From the NCBI GenBank assembly GCA_021741155.1, contig JAIOYP010000005.1, positions 46,668 to 110,667 on the forward strand: DNA of 64,000 bases. Reading direction: 5' to 3'. Positions 1-10,194 of the stretch are shown here, piece by piece (the stretch's first letter is position 1; every line of letters begins with the position of its first letter). The DNA is from Flavobacteriales bacterium (GTDB lineage Bacteria; Bacteroidota; Bacteroidia; UBA10329). The notes under the pieces are model-generated. The model searched no databases. It saw only the letters and a list, made by a program, of their open reading frames with translations, and was not told the DNA's origin. Both the position numbers and the translations under genes were made by a program.

Positions 1-109
1 TATCCCAATTGAATGGTGCATTTGCCGTACCTAATGCCATAAGGGCAAAGAGTAGGAGTACGGTTACGAGTTTGTTCTCGAGAAAATATCGAATAATAGT
101 ATTAAGCAT
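1..109 (-). CDS. N-terminus of a CusA/CzcA-family heavy-metal efflux RND transporter (runs off window edge)
   Basis: Manual translation from ATG at 109: MLNTIIRYFLENKLVTVLLLFALMALGTANAPFNWD, which resembles the N-terminus of Bacteroidetes CusA-type RND pumps; downstream of an HYC_CC_PP gene. Confidence 0.75.
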   Translation of the reverse strand, partial: MLNTIIRYFLENKLVTVLLLFALMALGTANAPFNWD

Positions 110-113
110 AGTT

Positions 114-239
114 GCCCCTCTTTGTCTCCCCAAAGGGGAGAAGGTTTAAACTCCGAGTTAATGGAACAGGCCAGAATGACACGTTCATCTGCGCTTATTC
201 AAGGCAGATTGCCTCCCCTTGGGGGAGGTTGGAGGGTCT
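114..239. repeat. REP-like inverted pair (CTCCCC-aaa-GGGGAG / CCTCCCC-ttg-GGGGAGG)
   Basis: Two GC-rich hairpins (126-140, 212-228) in mutually inverted flanks; same motif family as 58528-58597. Confidence 0.7.
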
Positions 240-240
240 T

Positions 241-615
241 CTAAATAAGAAAGGACTGAATAAGAACAGGAATGTCCTTATCAGGGATAGGTGGCTTGTA
301 ATTTAAATAGGCCACAAGTTTGTTGCTCTCATCAAAATCGAGCGACAAATGATAAACGAATACGGAAATAATTGAAGCAGAGTATATACTTAACGTCTGC
401 ACTGGAGCAACCGAAAAGTCGTCATCAAGCTGAAAGAACTCTCTTTCCGAGTGGCAGCAGTTGGAAGCATCATCCATAGCGCCACACGTACAGCCAGCAT
501 CACCTGTGATAGACACAGAAGCTACTCGATTACCGCAGATGTGTTTCGTAATGCCGACTCCAGAAGTTGCCACCAACACCAATGAGGCAAGAAATATGGA
601 AAACGTTCGTTTCAC
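241..615 (-). CDS. HYC_CC_PP family protein
   Basis: KHIC...NCCH...YKPP pattern and hydrophobic N-terminus; likely GTG start at 615 (ORF track extends to 675). Confidence 0.8.
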   Translation of the reverse strand: MKRTFSIFLASLVLVATSGVGITKHICGNRVASVSITGDAGCTCGAMDDASNCCHSEREFFQLDDDFSVAPVQTLSIYSASIISVFVYHLSLDFDESNKLVAYLNYKPPIPDKDIPVLIQSFLI

Positions 616-820
616 GAAACTAAGGTACGAATGCATTTGAGGTTTATTGTGACGGTGGTCAGACAAATGCTTCATTTAGCAGCTTCGGCTTTCTCGTTCT
701 GGCGGAGCCAACCTGAGTCGAGCCATTAAGCAAGCAAACGGTGTCGGCTACATTTCTTGACATTTGAATTTCCAATCAAACCAATTCTTAGCACAAACGG
801 TGTGCAAATCACTTGCAAAT

Positions 821-858
821 AAAAAGGGGTCACATCGTTTGATTGATGTAACCCCTTC
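821..858 (-). terminator. Hairpin downstream of tRNA-Asn (also part of a putative element end)
   Basis: aggggtcacatc...gatgtaacccct stem followed by a T-run on the minus strand. Confidence 0.6.
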
Positions 859-867
859 ATTTTCAAG

Positions 868-941
868 CTCCCCCTCTTGGACTCGAACCAAGGACCCTCT
901 GATTAACAGTCAGATGCTCTAACCAGCTGAGCTAAGGAGGA
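868..941 (-). tRNA. tRNA-Asn(GTT)
   Basis: Reverse complement TCCTCCTTAGCTCAGCTGGTTAGAGCATCTGACTGTTAATCAGAGGGTCCTTGGTTCGAGTCCAAGAGGGGGAG folds as a cloverleaf with anticodon GTT; TACATTTG promoter motif just upstream. Confidence 0.97.
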
Positions 942-1016
942 ATTTAAGGGCTGCAAATGTAGTTTGCTCGGTCATATAATCCAATACCTTTGTCAAAAAT
1001 TTTCAGACCTATAAAA

Positions 1017-1946
1017 ATGAGCTTACTTACAGTTGGAACCGTTGCCTTTGATGCCATTGAAACTCCGTTCGGAAAAACCGATAAAATAATCGGTGGTGCC
1101 GCCACTTATATTGCTTTGGCAGCTTCCTATTTCAATAAGCCAATCAACATGGTTTCGGTTGTTGGAGATGATTTTCCTGAAGAAGGATTGCAGAACCTGC
1201 GAAATCATGGAGCCAATACCGATGGTATTCAAATTAAAAAAGGCGAGAAAACCTTCTTTTGGGCTGGTAAGTACCATAACGACATGAATACGCGTGATAC
1301 GCTTGTAACAGAACTGAACGTATTAGCTGATTTTGAACCTGTGGTATTGGATGAATATCAAGGTTGCGAGTTCTTAATGCTTGGAAACTTAACGCCTGCG
1401 GTGCAGATGTCAGTGATTAATCAGTTGAAAAGCCGCCCTAGATTGGTTGTGTTGGACACAATGAATTTCTGGATGGACATTATGATGGATGAACTCAAAT
1501 CCGTTTTGAAAAAGGTGGATGTTCTTACCATCAACGATGCAGAAGCTCGTCAACTTTCGGGAGAATATTCATTGGTAAAAGCGGCTCAGATAATTCTCGA
1601 AATGGGGCCAACATTTTTGGTCATTAAGAAAGGAGAGCACGGAGCGTTACTTTTTAATAAAGACTCTGTATTCTTTGCTCCTGCTCTTCCATTAGAGGAG
1701 GTTTTTGATCCAACTGGGGCCGGAGACAGTTTTGCGGGCGGGTTCATCGGCTACTTGGCAAGTACCCGCGATATTTCCTTCGACAATATGAAACGCGCCA
1801 TCATTTTTGGTTCGGCAATGGCTTCATTCTGTGTAGAGAAATTTGGAACGGAGCGATTAATCAACCTAACTCAAAATGAAATTGACGACCGTGTTCAAGA
1901 TTTTATCGATCTCGTTCAATTCGATATTTCGTTGGTGAACGATTAA
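1017..1946 (+). CDS. PfkB/ribokinase-family sugar kinase
   Basis: GGAATY and DPTGAGDSFAGGF motifs; TACCTTTG promoter motif at ~986-993. Confidence 0.92.
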   Translation: MSLLTVGTVAFDAIETPFGKTDKIIGGAATYIALAASYFNKPINMVSVVGDDFPEEGLQNLRNHGANTDGIQIKKGEKTFFWAGKYHNDMNTRDTLVTELNVLADFEPVVLDEYQGCEFLMLGNLTPAVQMSVINQLKSRPRLVVLDTMNFWMDIMMDELKSVLKKVDVLTINDAEARQLSGEYSLVKAAQIILEMGPTFLVIKKGEHGALLFNKDSVFFAPALPLEEVFDPTGAGDSFAGGFIGYLASTRDISFDNMKRAIIFGSAMASFCVEKFGTERLINLTQNEIDDRVQDFIDLVQFDISLVND

Positions 1947-2446
1947 ACGAAGCGAACCATCACCTGGTTCTTATCAACCGTTTTTCCTTTTTCCACTTCA
2001 ACTGAAGCCACGGTTACATCTGCTGGTGCTTTAATAACGTTTTCCATTTTCATGGCTTCAAGCACAAGAACGCGATCTCCTTTTTGAAGTTGGTCTCCCG
2101 GCTTAACGCTGATTTCCAAAACTAGGCCAGGCATTGGGGCTTTTAGTTCGTTTACTTTTCCTGCTCCACCTTTTTCCATACCGAGCTTTTTCAGAAGCTC
2201 ATCAAACTTGTCGATGGTTTCGGTTTCGTAAACATTGCCGTTCACTTTAATTTGACTTTTGCCGTCTACTTCTGGCAAAACCTCCACATTAAACGAACGA
2301 TGGTCTTTTATAACATGATAACGGTTGCCAGCAATTTTGCTCACATCCCAAGCAAACGGTTTGCCGTTCAGCGTTCCGTTTGTCTTGTTATCATCTTCAA
2401 ATTCGGTCAAAAACTCTGATCCTGAAACCTTTACACGTTTGCCCAT
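1943..2446 (-). CDS. Biotin carboxyl carrier protein (acyl-CoA carboxylase subunit)
   Basis: KAPMPG and EAMKMEN biotinylation motif. Confidence 0.92.
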   Translation of the reverse strand: MGKRVKVSGSEFLTEFEDDNKTNGTLNGKPFAWDVSKIAGNRYHVIKDHRSFNVEVLPEVDGKSQIKVNGNVYETETIDKFDELLKKLGMEKGGAGKVNELKAPMPGLVLEISVKPGDQLQKGDRVLVLEAMKMENVIKAPADVTVASVEVEKGKTVDKNQVMVRFV

Positions 2447-2531
2447 CTCTTAAAAATCACTAATTACGATTGTGTTAAGTAGGTATAAGCCTATTTTTGC
2501 GCCCCGTTAAAAAATCAAAGAAAAGAATAGA

Positions 2532-5120
2532 ATGAGAATTCTTACCCAGAATAATACTTGGATCGTTGGATTAATTGCCGTTAGCATCGGTTTCAACGCA
2601 TGTAAAACGCAAAAGAAAACGACCGCTGTTGCTGCTACTTCGGATATTGAAGTGGTAGAAGAAGACGCTATAGAAGTTGAAACTCGCCCGTATCAAGCAT
2701 CAAACACTCGCACGTTCGACCTTATCCATACCACATTGGATGTGCGTTTTGATTGGGAAAAACAACAATTAATGGGGAAAGCTGAACTGTCATTAAAGCC
2801 ATATTTCTACGCTACAAACAAATTGGTTTTAGACGCGAAAGGTTTTGACCTTAATGCGGTGAGCTTGAAAAAGAACGGACAACTCCAGTCTCTCAAATAC
2901 ACTTACGATAAGGAGAAAATCTTCATCGACCTTGATAAAGAATACACGCGCAACGAAACCGTGACAATTTGGGTGGATTACGTTGCAAAACCAGAGGAAT
3001 TGGAGGCTGAAGGCAGTGCCGCCATTACTGATGCAAAAGGTCTTTATTTCATCAATCACCTTGGTGAAGAAAAAGACAAGCCGAAGCAGATTTGGACGCA
3101 AGGCGAAACGGAATCAAGCTCGTGCTGGTTTCCTACTATCGATTCTCCGAATGAGAACATGACGCAGGACATTAAGATTACAGTTGACAGCCGTTACGTA
3201 ACGCTTTCAAACGGTCTTTTGGTGAGTTCTCGTCCAAACGGAGATGGAACAAGAACGGATCAATGGAAACAAACCAAACCTCACGCGCCTTATTTGGCAA
3301 TGATGGCGGTTGGAGAGTTTGCTGTTGTGAAGGATAAGTGGAAGGGAATTGACGTTGATTATTACGTTGAGCCAGCTTACGAACCACACGCGAAAGCCAT
3401 TTTCGGAGAAACGCCAAACATGCTCGATTTCTATTCTGAGGTATTAGGATTCCCTTACGCTTGGGAAAAATACAGCCAGATTGTTGTTCGCGATTACGTT
3501 TCGGGAGCTATGGAAAACACAACTGCTACCATTCATGGCGAATTCCTTCACAGAACGCAGCGTGAGTTGATTGATGGAGACAACGAAGAGATTATTGCGC
3601 ACGAACTTTTTCACCATTGGTTTGGTGACCTGGTGACTTGCGAAAGCTGGAGTAATCTTCCATTGAATGAATCATTTGCGACTTATGGGGAATACATGTG
3701 GTTGGAGCACCGTCATGGACGTGACGCTGCTGATAAGCACGGAAACGAGCAACAGCGTCAATACATCGCGTCTGTAGCGCAAACGGGCCACGTGGATATG
3801 ATTCGTTATTTCTATGACAATAAGGAAGACATGTTTGATGCGCACTCCTATAATAAGGGCGGTCGCATCTTGCACATGCTTCGCAAAACCATTGGAGACG
3901 AAGCATTCTTCAAAGGCTTAAATCTTTACCTAAATGAGAACAAATTCCAATCGGTAGAAATTCATCAATTGCGTTTGGCAATGGAGAAAGTGACTGGTTT
4001 TGACCTCAATTGGTTCTTCAACCAATGGTTTTTAGATAAAGGGTATCCAAGCTTAGACGTATCGCACGATTACAACGCAGAAACCAAGAAATACAGTGTA
4101 ACTATTAAGCAAACGCAAGACCTAAAAGAGTTCCCATTATATAGAATTCCGATGGATGTGGATGTGTATTTCGGAGGTGGCGTGGCCCGTCAGCGAATCG
4201 ACCTTACGGATAAAGAACAAACATTTGAGTTTGATGTCTTGGGAAAACCTTCTTTGGTTAAGGTTGATGCAGAGCAAATGCTTCTTGGAACAAAATCGGA
4301 GACTTTATCCGAAGCAGAATACATTTTCATGTTAAAGAATGCTCCGCTTTTCTTGGATAAAGTGGAGGCGATGAACGGATTGAAATCAAGCAAAAACCCT
4401 GAGGCCATTGAAGCTATTCTTGCTTCTTTGGAAGACAACTATTGGGGAACTCGTAGAAAAGCATTGACATCCCTAAAAGGAAAGGCAGTAGCGGACACTT
4501 CGCTTTTAAAAAACAAGTTAATCTGGATAGCTCAAAAGGATGAAAAATCGATTGTTCGTGCTGAGGCAATTACCGCATTGGCAGAGCAATTCAATTCAGA
4601 CGCAAATGTTCAGGCCGTGGTTGAAGGAGCGATGAAAGACCAGTCATACACAGTTCTTGGTTCAACCTTGAAAGCTATTGCGTCTTACAACGAAGAAAAA
4701 GCATTGTCACTGGCGAAAGCAGCGGAAGCGGATGCAAGCGGCTCACTTATCTCGGCAATTGCTTCGCTTTATTCTCAAAGCGGAACTGCTGAACAGATGG
4801 ATTTCTTTATCAACGGATTTGACAAGATTTCTGACCCGAACAATAAATACGTTTACGTTCAGATTTTCGGGAAATACCTGATGAAGCAAGACATCGCCAC
4901 GCAATCCAAAGGATTGGATATGCTGGAAGATATTGCTCTGAACGAGGGTGCTTGGTGGATGCGACTTTCTTCGCTTCAAGTGTTGATGGGAATGCAGCAA
5001 TCAGCAGAAGCTCAAGACTCGGAGGCTGCCAAATCGATGGTTACGCGAATCAAATCGGTAATTGAGAAGGTGAAAGCCACCGAAAGCAACGAAATGATTA
5101 AAGGGATGTTGGGCGAATAA
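2532..5120 (+). CDS. M1-family aminopeptidase with C-terminal HEAT-like repeats, probable lipoprotein
   Basis: GAMEN, HELFH...LNESFA and YNKGG motifs; FNAC lipobox-like sequence. Confidence 0.92.
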   Translation: MRILTQNNTWIVGLIAVSIGFNACKTQKKTTAVAATSDIEVVEEDAIEVETRPYQASNTRTFDLIHTTLDVRFDWEKQQLMGKAELSLKPYFYATNKLVLDAKGFDLNAVSLKKNGQLQSLKYTYDKEKIFIDLDKEYTRNETVTIWVDYVAKPEELEAEGSAAITDAKGLYFINHLGEEKDKPKQIWTQGETESSSCWFPTIDSPNENMTQDIKITVDSRYVTLSNGLLVSSRPNGDGTRTDQWKQTKPHAPYLAMMAVGEFAVVKDKWKGIDVDYYVEPAYEPHAKAIFGETPNMLDFYSEVLGFPYAWEKYSQIVVRDYVSGAMENTTATIHGEFLHRTQRELIDGDNEEIIAHELFHHWFGDLVTCESWSNLPLNESFATYGEYMWLEHRHGRDAADKHGNEQQRQYIASVAQTGHVDMIRYFYDNKEDMFDAHSYNKGGRILHMLRKTIGDEAFFKGLNLYLNENKFQSVEIHQLRLAMEKVTGFDLNWFFNQWFLDKGYPSLDVSHDYNAETKKYSVTIKQTQDLKEFPLYRIPMDVDVYFGGGVARQRIDLTDKEQTFEFDVLGKPSLVKVDAEQMLLGTKSETLSEAEYIFMLKNAPLFLDKVEAMNGLKSSKNPEAIEAILASLEDNYWGTRRKALTSLKGKAVADTSLLKNKLIWIAQKDEKSIVRAEAITALAEQFNSDANVQAVVEGAMKDQSYTVLGSTLKAIASYNEEKALSLAKAAEADASGSLISAIASLYSQSGTAEQMDFFINGFDKISDPNNKYVYVQIFGKYLMKQDIATQSKGLDMLEDIALNEGAWWMRLSSLQVLMGMQQSAEAQDSEAAKSMVTRIKSVIEKVKATESNEMIKGMLGE

Positions 5121-5125
5121 TCCCG

Positions 5126-5860
5126 CTACAAATCCTGAAGCTTTTTCTTGATATTCTCATCCAACGGGAAGAAAACTCTGGCTGAGAGAAGGACGGTTTT
5201 TGCGGAATCTCCAAAGCTGTTGTTGATTAAATAATCAGCATAATATTCAACCGCAGGTTTCAACAAAGGCGAGCTAATTGGGTCTGGAACGTAATCCAGA
5301 TTTCGATAACTCGCTTCCAGAATCGGGAAGCTGGCTTTGATTTCGCGTTCTGCTTCGTACATAGAACTCAATCGAATATCTGTAACTCCTTTCACGAATT
5401 GGATGTATGGATCATTTGGAGCAAATTCCTGAAGCTGTTTGTAGGTATAGGATGCTTTTCTGTAGTCTTCTTCCTTTTCATAAGCTTGAGCAACAGCAAT
5501 TCCTTCCTTCCGCATCAGGTCAAAATATTCTTGATTGTCTTTGACGATGTCTCCGTTTTTGTCTTTAGAAGCCGCCTTCCCAGCAAACTTCAGAGCATCT
5601 CGCATCGGTAGTTTGTATTGATCTATAATCTTCTGATCTTCTGATTTAGATATTTCATAAAAACACATGGAAGCCCACAGATAAGGCTCCGGGCTCTTGC
5701 GGTGTTTGTCGTTATCAATAAGAGCCTCGGCTGATTCTAATGCTGAAACCCACGCTTCCTTCTCATACTTTTTAGCAATGACCTCAAATTCTGGATTATT
5801 CACCTGTCCAAAAACAGCGGTTGTCAAGAGTATTAAGAGAAGTAGCGAAAAAAGTCTCAT
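5126..5860 (-). CDS. Secreted helical/TPR-like hypothetical protein
   Basis: 244-aa ORF with signal peptide; overlaps the upstream gene stop. Confidence 0.7.
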   Translation of the reverse strand: MRLFSLLLLILLTTAVFGQVNNPEFEVIAKKYEKEAWVSALESAEALIDNDKHRKSPEPYLWASMCFYEISKSEDQKIIDQYKLPMRDALKFAGKAASKDKNGDIVKDNQEYFDLMRKEGIAVAQAYEKEEDYRKASYTYKQLQEFAPNDPYIQFVKGVTDIRLSSMYEAEREIKASFPILEASYRNLDYVPDPISSPLLKPAVEYYADYLINNSFGDSAKTVLLSARVFFPLDENIKKKLQDL

Positions 5861-7326
5861 TCTGAAATCAGTAGTCTTTCGTTTGTAGTGTAATCCTCAT
5901 TTGCGGCCTGCACCATATACAAACCCGATGCCAAGCTCGAAAAGTCTATCTCCATTTTGCGGTTGTTAACTACGCCAGACCAAACAATGCGGCCAAGTTG
6001 ATCTATCACGCTAAATCCTGCTCCCATCAACTCGTTAGCAAATACCAAATTGGTAACGCCATTTGTTGGATTCGGATAAATCTGTGTGTGCACATTCTTA
6101 GTCGCTTCGTCTATTCCCAATGGCGAATACGAAGAGTTTTTAAGTTCAACAATGGAATTTGCCCATGTCAGGCTTGTTCCCCACGATGGGCCACTTGTAG
6201 CAAGAAAAACACGGCCATCGGGCGCCATACAAATATCTCGAAGTCGATCAAAGGTTCCTTGATTGAATGATGAGGTTGGATTATTAGCATGAGCCGTATT
6301 GAAGAGGATTTCTTCATCAACAACAGTTGTTCCATCCACATTATCAACCTCAATCACCTTCAAATGCTCCGCCTTTAGAACTGTCATCAGCATTTTGCCT
6401 TGCCATTCGGGAATGGCAGGATGATTATACCAAATGAGGTCTGATGGAGCAATGGTGGAACTTGAATACCAAATGGCCAATGGATCCTGATAGTCAGTCA
6501 TCGCATTACAAGCCGTCATTTCCGAACCTGTGTTACAAAACCCTTCCACGTTAGGCCAGCCATAATTTCCACCTGCCACAATAATGTTGAACTCATCATT
6601 GGTTGATGGTCCATGTTCAGAACTGTAGAGAATTCCGTTCGGGGCAAGTACCATTCCTTGCGCATTTCTGTGACCGATAGAATACAAGTAGCTCGTTGGT
6701 CCGAATGGGTTGTCAGCTGGAATGCTTCCATCCAAATTCATTCTCAGAATTTTTCCACTAACGGAGTTTTCGTTTTGAGGCGAGGTTTGCTCCTGATAAT
6801 CGCCAGTAGTTGCCAATAATGTATTATCAGGAAGAATAAGCAACCTGCAACCGATATGTGTTGTATTCCCGTTAATTCCTTCTACCAAGGTTAGCGGGCT
6901 TTCCAACATCCCAGAAGTGCTATTGTAGTTATAACGGACAATCCGCTCCTTCACACCTCCGCTATTATAGGTATAAGCCAAAAACACTTGTGGCGTGTTC
7001 TCAAAATCAGGATGGAGTTGGAGTCCAAGCAATCCAGCTTCAGAATTATCGTAAACGGTATTGGTAAGATCTAGAATCGTGGTTCGAACTCCTGTTTCAG
7101 GATTGAGACGGCTCACGCGCCCATAACGTTCTGTCATCCAGATATAATCATCTGGTCCCCATTGAATCTCCCACGGAATGTCAATTCCATTGGTTGAATT
7201 GTTGCCCTGAATAACCACACGCACATCAAGCGTTGTGTTCCCTACAGTAACGGTGCTAGGCTGCGCCAATGCTGTTAAAATGAAGGAGAAAAGAGATATG
7301 GATGTTAGTGTAAAACTTCTAGTCAT
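5857..7326 (-). CDS. PQQ-dependent sugar dehydrogenase (GSDH beta-propeller) with T9SS type A CTD
   Basis: PWEIQWGPD, GHRNAQG, EHGP, GGNYGWP motifs; C-terminal IYPNP...SGLYMV. Confidence 0.9.
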   Translation of the reverse strand: MTRSFTLTSISLFSFILTALAQPSTVTVGNTTLDVRVVIQGNNSTNGIDIPWEIQWGPDDYIWMTERYGRVSRLNPETGVRTTILDLTNTVYDNSEAGLLGLQLHPDFENTPQVFLAYTYNSGGVKERIVRYNYNSTSGMLESPLTLVEGINGNTTHIGCRLLILPDNTLLATTGDYQEQTSPQNENSVSGKILRMNLDGSIPADNPFGPTSYLYSIGHRNAQGMVLAPNGILYSSEHGPSTNDEFNIIVAGGNYGWPNVEGFCNTGSEMTACNAMTDYQDPLAIWYSSSTIAPSDLIWYNHPAIPEWQGKMLMTVLKAEHLKVIEVDNVDGTTVVDEEILFNTAHANNPTSSFNQGTFDRLRDICMAPDGRVFLATSGPSWGTSLTWANSIVELKNSSYSPLGIDEATKNVHTQIYPNPTNGVTNLVFANELMGAGFSVIDQLGRIVWSGVVNNRKMEIDFSSLASGLYMVQAANEDYTTNERLLISE

Positions 7327-7386
7327 GCTTTTATAGTTGGTTCTAATACTTCCAAATATAGGGTTGCGTTACGGGAATCCCGTGTT

Positions 7387-8091
7387 TCACCACGGATTGG
7401 TTGCCCAAACTGTCACCTCAGGCACAAAACCACGGTCATCCATCTTCAATTGCGAAATAATGACGTCTGCAATTTCCTGCGGACGGAGTTTATTCTCAAC
7501 TTCTGCTCGCATCAAACCGTCCGTTTTCCCAAATGCCGTTGTCACTTCGGATGGATTTACGTGCATCACTCTCACATTGTAAGGTCTGAGATCGGCTTGC
7601 CAGCATTGACTCAATCCGCGAAGTGCAAACTTTGAAGAAGCATAAATACTTCCTTTGGCGTAGCCTTTCAACGAAGCGGTTGAACCGATGTTGATGATGT
7701 TTCCAGATTTCTGCGTTTTAAAAATATTGGCAGCTGCCTGACCCATCATAGCTGCGCCAAAGACATTCGTTTGATAGACGCTAATCATATCTTCCATGTT
7801 TAGCTCTCCCAATTCCGCCCATCCAGCGCCAAATCCTGCATTGTTTATCAGAATATCGAACGATTCATTTTCTCTCGTAATTTGAGTGAAAACCCGATCA
7901 ACATCTGATTGATTAGACGAATCCGCTAGAATTGGCTTTGCGCCAATTTCTAAAGCAGCCGCATTCAACCTTTCTTTGTTTCTCCCAGTAATGTAAACTG
8001 TTGCTCCTTCGTTAATAAGTTGAAGCGCTGTTTGTTTACCAATGCCGTTGCTTCCGCCCGTTACTAGCGCAATTTTTCCTTGTAAATCCAT
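7387..8091 (-). CDS. SDR-family oxidoreductase
   Basis: TGGSNGIG, NNAG and YASSK motifs. Confidence 0.93.
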   Translation of the reverse strand: MDLQGKIALVTGGSNGIGKQTALQLINEGATVYITGRNKERLNAAALEIGAKPILADSSNQSDVDRVFTQITRENESFDILINNAGFGAGWAELGELNMEDMISVYQTNVFGAAMMGQAAANIFKTQKSGNIINIGSTASLKGYAKGSIYASSKFALRGLSQCWQADLRPYNVRVMHVNPSEVTTAFGKTDGLMRAEVENKLRPQEIADVIISQLKMDDRGFVPEVTVWATNPW

Positions 8092-8115
8092 AAAAGTGTA
8101 ATCTTCAAACAGTCG

Positions 8116-9156
8116 TTATTGTTCAATCTGAACACGCGAAAAATCGCGGTAACCCATAAAATTGTTGCCAAAACCTTTGATGCCTGCCCTATTGATACTA
8201 TACGATTCGTATCCGACTGTCTCCGTTTCTCTTTGCATGATATACTTCGGATTCTTACCAGAAAAATCCGCCACATGTTGCTCCAAAATTTTCTTCACTG
8301 GATCAGGATAAACGCTTGAAACAAGGTCAATATCACCACTAAAAAACGCATCAAGCTGCTGTTCGCGAGTGGCTATAGATTTGAAAATAAGTGTATCGAT
8401 ATAGGGGAATCTATTGCCGAAAGCGTCATCCGAATAGTATTCATCATTGCGAACCAAGACTAAATCGGCTTCTGAAGAAACAAACACGAACGGCCCTGCT
8501 CCAACTTTTGATTCCTTCCCATACTTCGCTACTGCTTTCTCTGCAACAACAGCAGTTGATGGCTGAGCTAAAACGAACAGAAAAGATGGGTCGGGCTTGG
8601 TTAGTTGGATACTGAGGGTGTAATCATCGATTGCTTTAACACCCACTAGCTCTTCGGCTTCGCCAGCATTGAATTCATTCGCTCCTAAGACCCGATTTTT
8701 GAAAGTTGTTTCAAAGGCTTTTGCATCTCCAGAAGAACAAAGCTGTTTGAAACTGAATACAAAATCCTGAGCTGTAATTGAACGGCTACCGTTTCCAAAA
8801 CAATCATCCTTATGAAAACTTGCCCGCTTCCTAAGTGTGAAAATGTATGAAGTTCCAGCTTCATCAAGCGACCAACTTTCAGCCAATCCAGGAACAATTT
8901 CCAACGTTTTGGCGTCCTGCTTCAAGAGCCCATCGTGTAAGTGCATGCCTATTTCAGATGCGGTTGCATTTGAAATTTCGGTTGGTGCTAATGATGCAGG
9001 CAGCTCTGAAACCGCCACTTTCAGGCATCCACCGAGATGAATGTCTCCTTTAGCCGATCTTTCGCTAATTTGCCTATCACCTTTCTCGCATGAATAAAAT
9101 GTAACTGTTAGAAGAAATAACAGTAGAAAGGACGGTTTTCTTGAGACTCTGAACAT
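8116..9156 (-). CDS. ABC transporter substrate-binding protein family 5-like lipoprotein (unusually short)
   Basis: PGLAESWS, YIFTLR, ITAQDFVFSF and VGAGPF motifs; only 346 aa. Confidence 0.8.
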   Translation of the reverse strand: MFRVSRKPSFLLLFLLTVTFYSCEKGDRQISERSAKGDIHLGGCLKVAVSELPASLAPTEISNATASEIGMHLHDGLLKQDAKTLEIVPGLAESWSLDEAGTSYIFTLRKRASFHKDDCFGNGSRSITAQDFVFSFKQLCSSGDAKAFETTFKNRVLGANEFNAGEAEELVGVKAIDDYTLSIQLTKPDPSFLFVLAQPSTAVVAEKAVAKYGKESKVGAGPFVFVSSEADLVLVRNDEYYSDDAFGNRFPYIDTLIFKSIATREQQLDAFFSGDIDLVSSVYPDPVKKILEQHVADFSGKNPKYIMQRETETVGYESYSINRAGIKGFGNNFMGYRDFSRVQIEQ

Positions 9157-9320
9157 GACGGTTAGCTTTATACAAGTTTAATGGTTACGCGCAAATAATC
9201 CTAAGGAAGAACGAATGGATATCAATCGAATTCAATTATACTTGCACTATAGGCTATTGAGTTTTAAATTACCTTTACAACCATCTAATATTGCCTGTTA
9301 CTAACATCTTTTCCACAAAA

Positions 9321-10133
9321 ATGACACGATTCATACTTAGTAAAAAGCAGATTCTCCCACTTTTTATGATGCTTTTAACCTTGCCAACCATGGCGGGAAC
9401 AATTCTTCTCGAGGGGAATTATCATGGAAGAAACCTTTACGTTCAGAATCCTTTTGCATCTGAAGGTGTAGGTTTTTGCACGTTTGAGGTAAAGGTAAAT
9501 GGGCAAGTAACCACAGATGAGATTAACTCAAGTGCTTTTGAGATTGACCTCAGTTTCTTTCAATTGAACCTAGGTGCTCCGATTGAAATACGCATTTCTC
9601 ATAAAGATGATTGCAAGCCAAAAGTGGTGAACCCTGAGGTTTTGAAGCCAATGAGCACGTTTGAAGTGGCTTCTATCGGTATTAGCAAAGAAGGTGTTCT
9701 TGCCATTACAACTACAAACGAAACGGGGAAATTGCCATATACTATTGAACAATTCCGTTGGAACAAATGGGTTGAAGTTGGAGAATTTGAAGGAAAAGGA
9801 AATCCAGAAAAGAACGATTATTCGATTCAACTGACCACTGTTCACAGCGGAGCAAATCGATTCAGAGTAAAACAAACTGATCACAAGAGCAAGCCACGTT
9901 ATTCTTTTGAAACAAAGGTGACTTCTCCACTGCCTGAAATTACTTTTCAGCCTGGTGATGGTAAGAAAGTAACGGATGCCATCAACTTCTCAGACAACAC
10001 ACTTTATGAGGTTTACAATGCTTATGGAAACATTGTGGCCAAGGGTGTTGGAAAACGAATTGACGTGTCTGCATTTGACAAGGGTACATTCTATCTAAAC
10101 TACGGAACTCAGACAGCTACGTTCAAGCGTTAA
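9321..10133 (+). CDS. Secreted hypothetical protein
   Basis: Long ORF with signal peptide; degenerate T9SS-like C-terminus. Confidence 0.7.
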   Translation: MTRFILSKKQILPLFMMLLTLPTMAGTILLEGNYHGRNLYVQNPFASEGVGFCTFEVKVNGQVTTDEINSSAFEIDLSFFQLNLGAPIEIRISHKDDCKPKVVNPEVLKPMSTFEVASIGISKEGVLAITTTNETGKLPYTIEQFRWNKWVEVGEFEGKGNPEKNDYSIQLTTVHSGANRFRVKQTDHKSKPRYSFETKVTSPLPEITFQPGDGKKVTDAINFSDNTLYEVYNAYGNIVAKGVGKRIDVSAFDKGTFYLNYGTQTATFKR

Positions 10134-10154
10134 GCATCTTAAATAAAAACAATG

Positions 10155-10184
10155 AAGGCCAGCTCATTTGAGTTGGCCTTTTTT
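10155..10184 (+). terminator. Intrinsic terminator
   Basis: aaggccagctca-tt-tgagttggcctt followed by a T-run. Confidence 0.7.
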
Positions 10185-10194
10185 ATTTTGCAGC

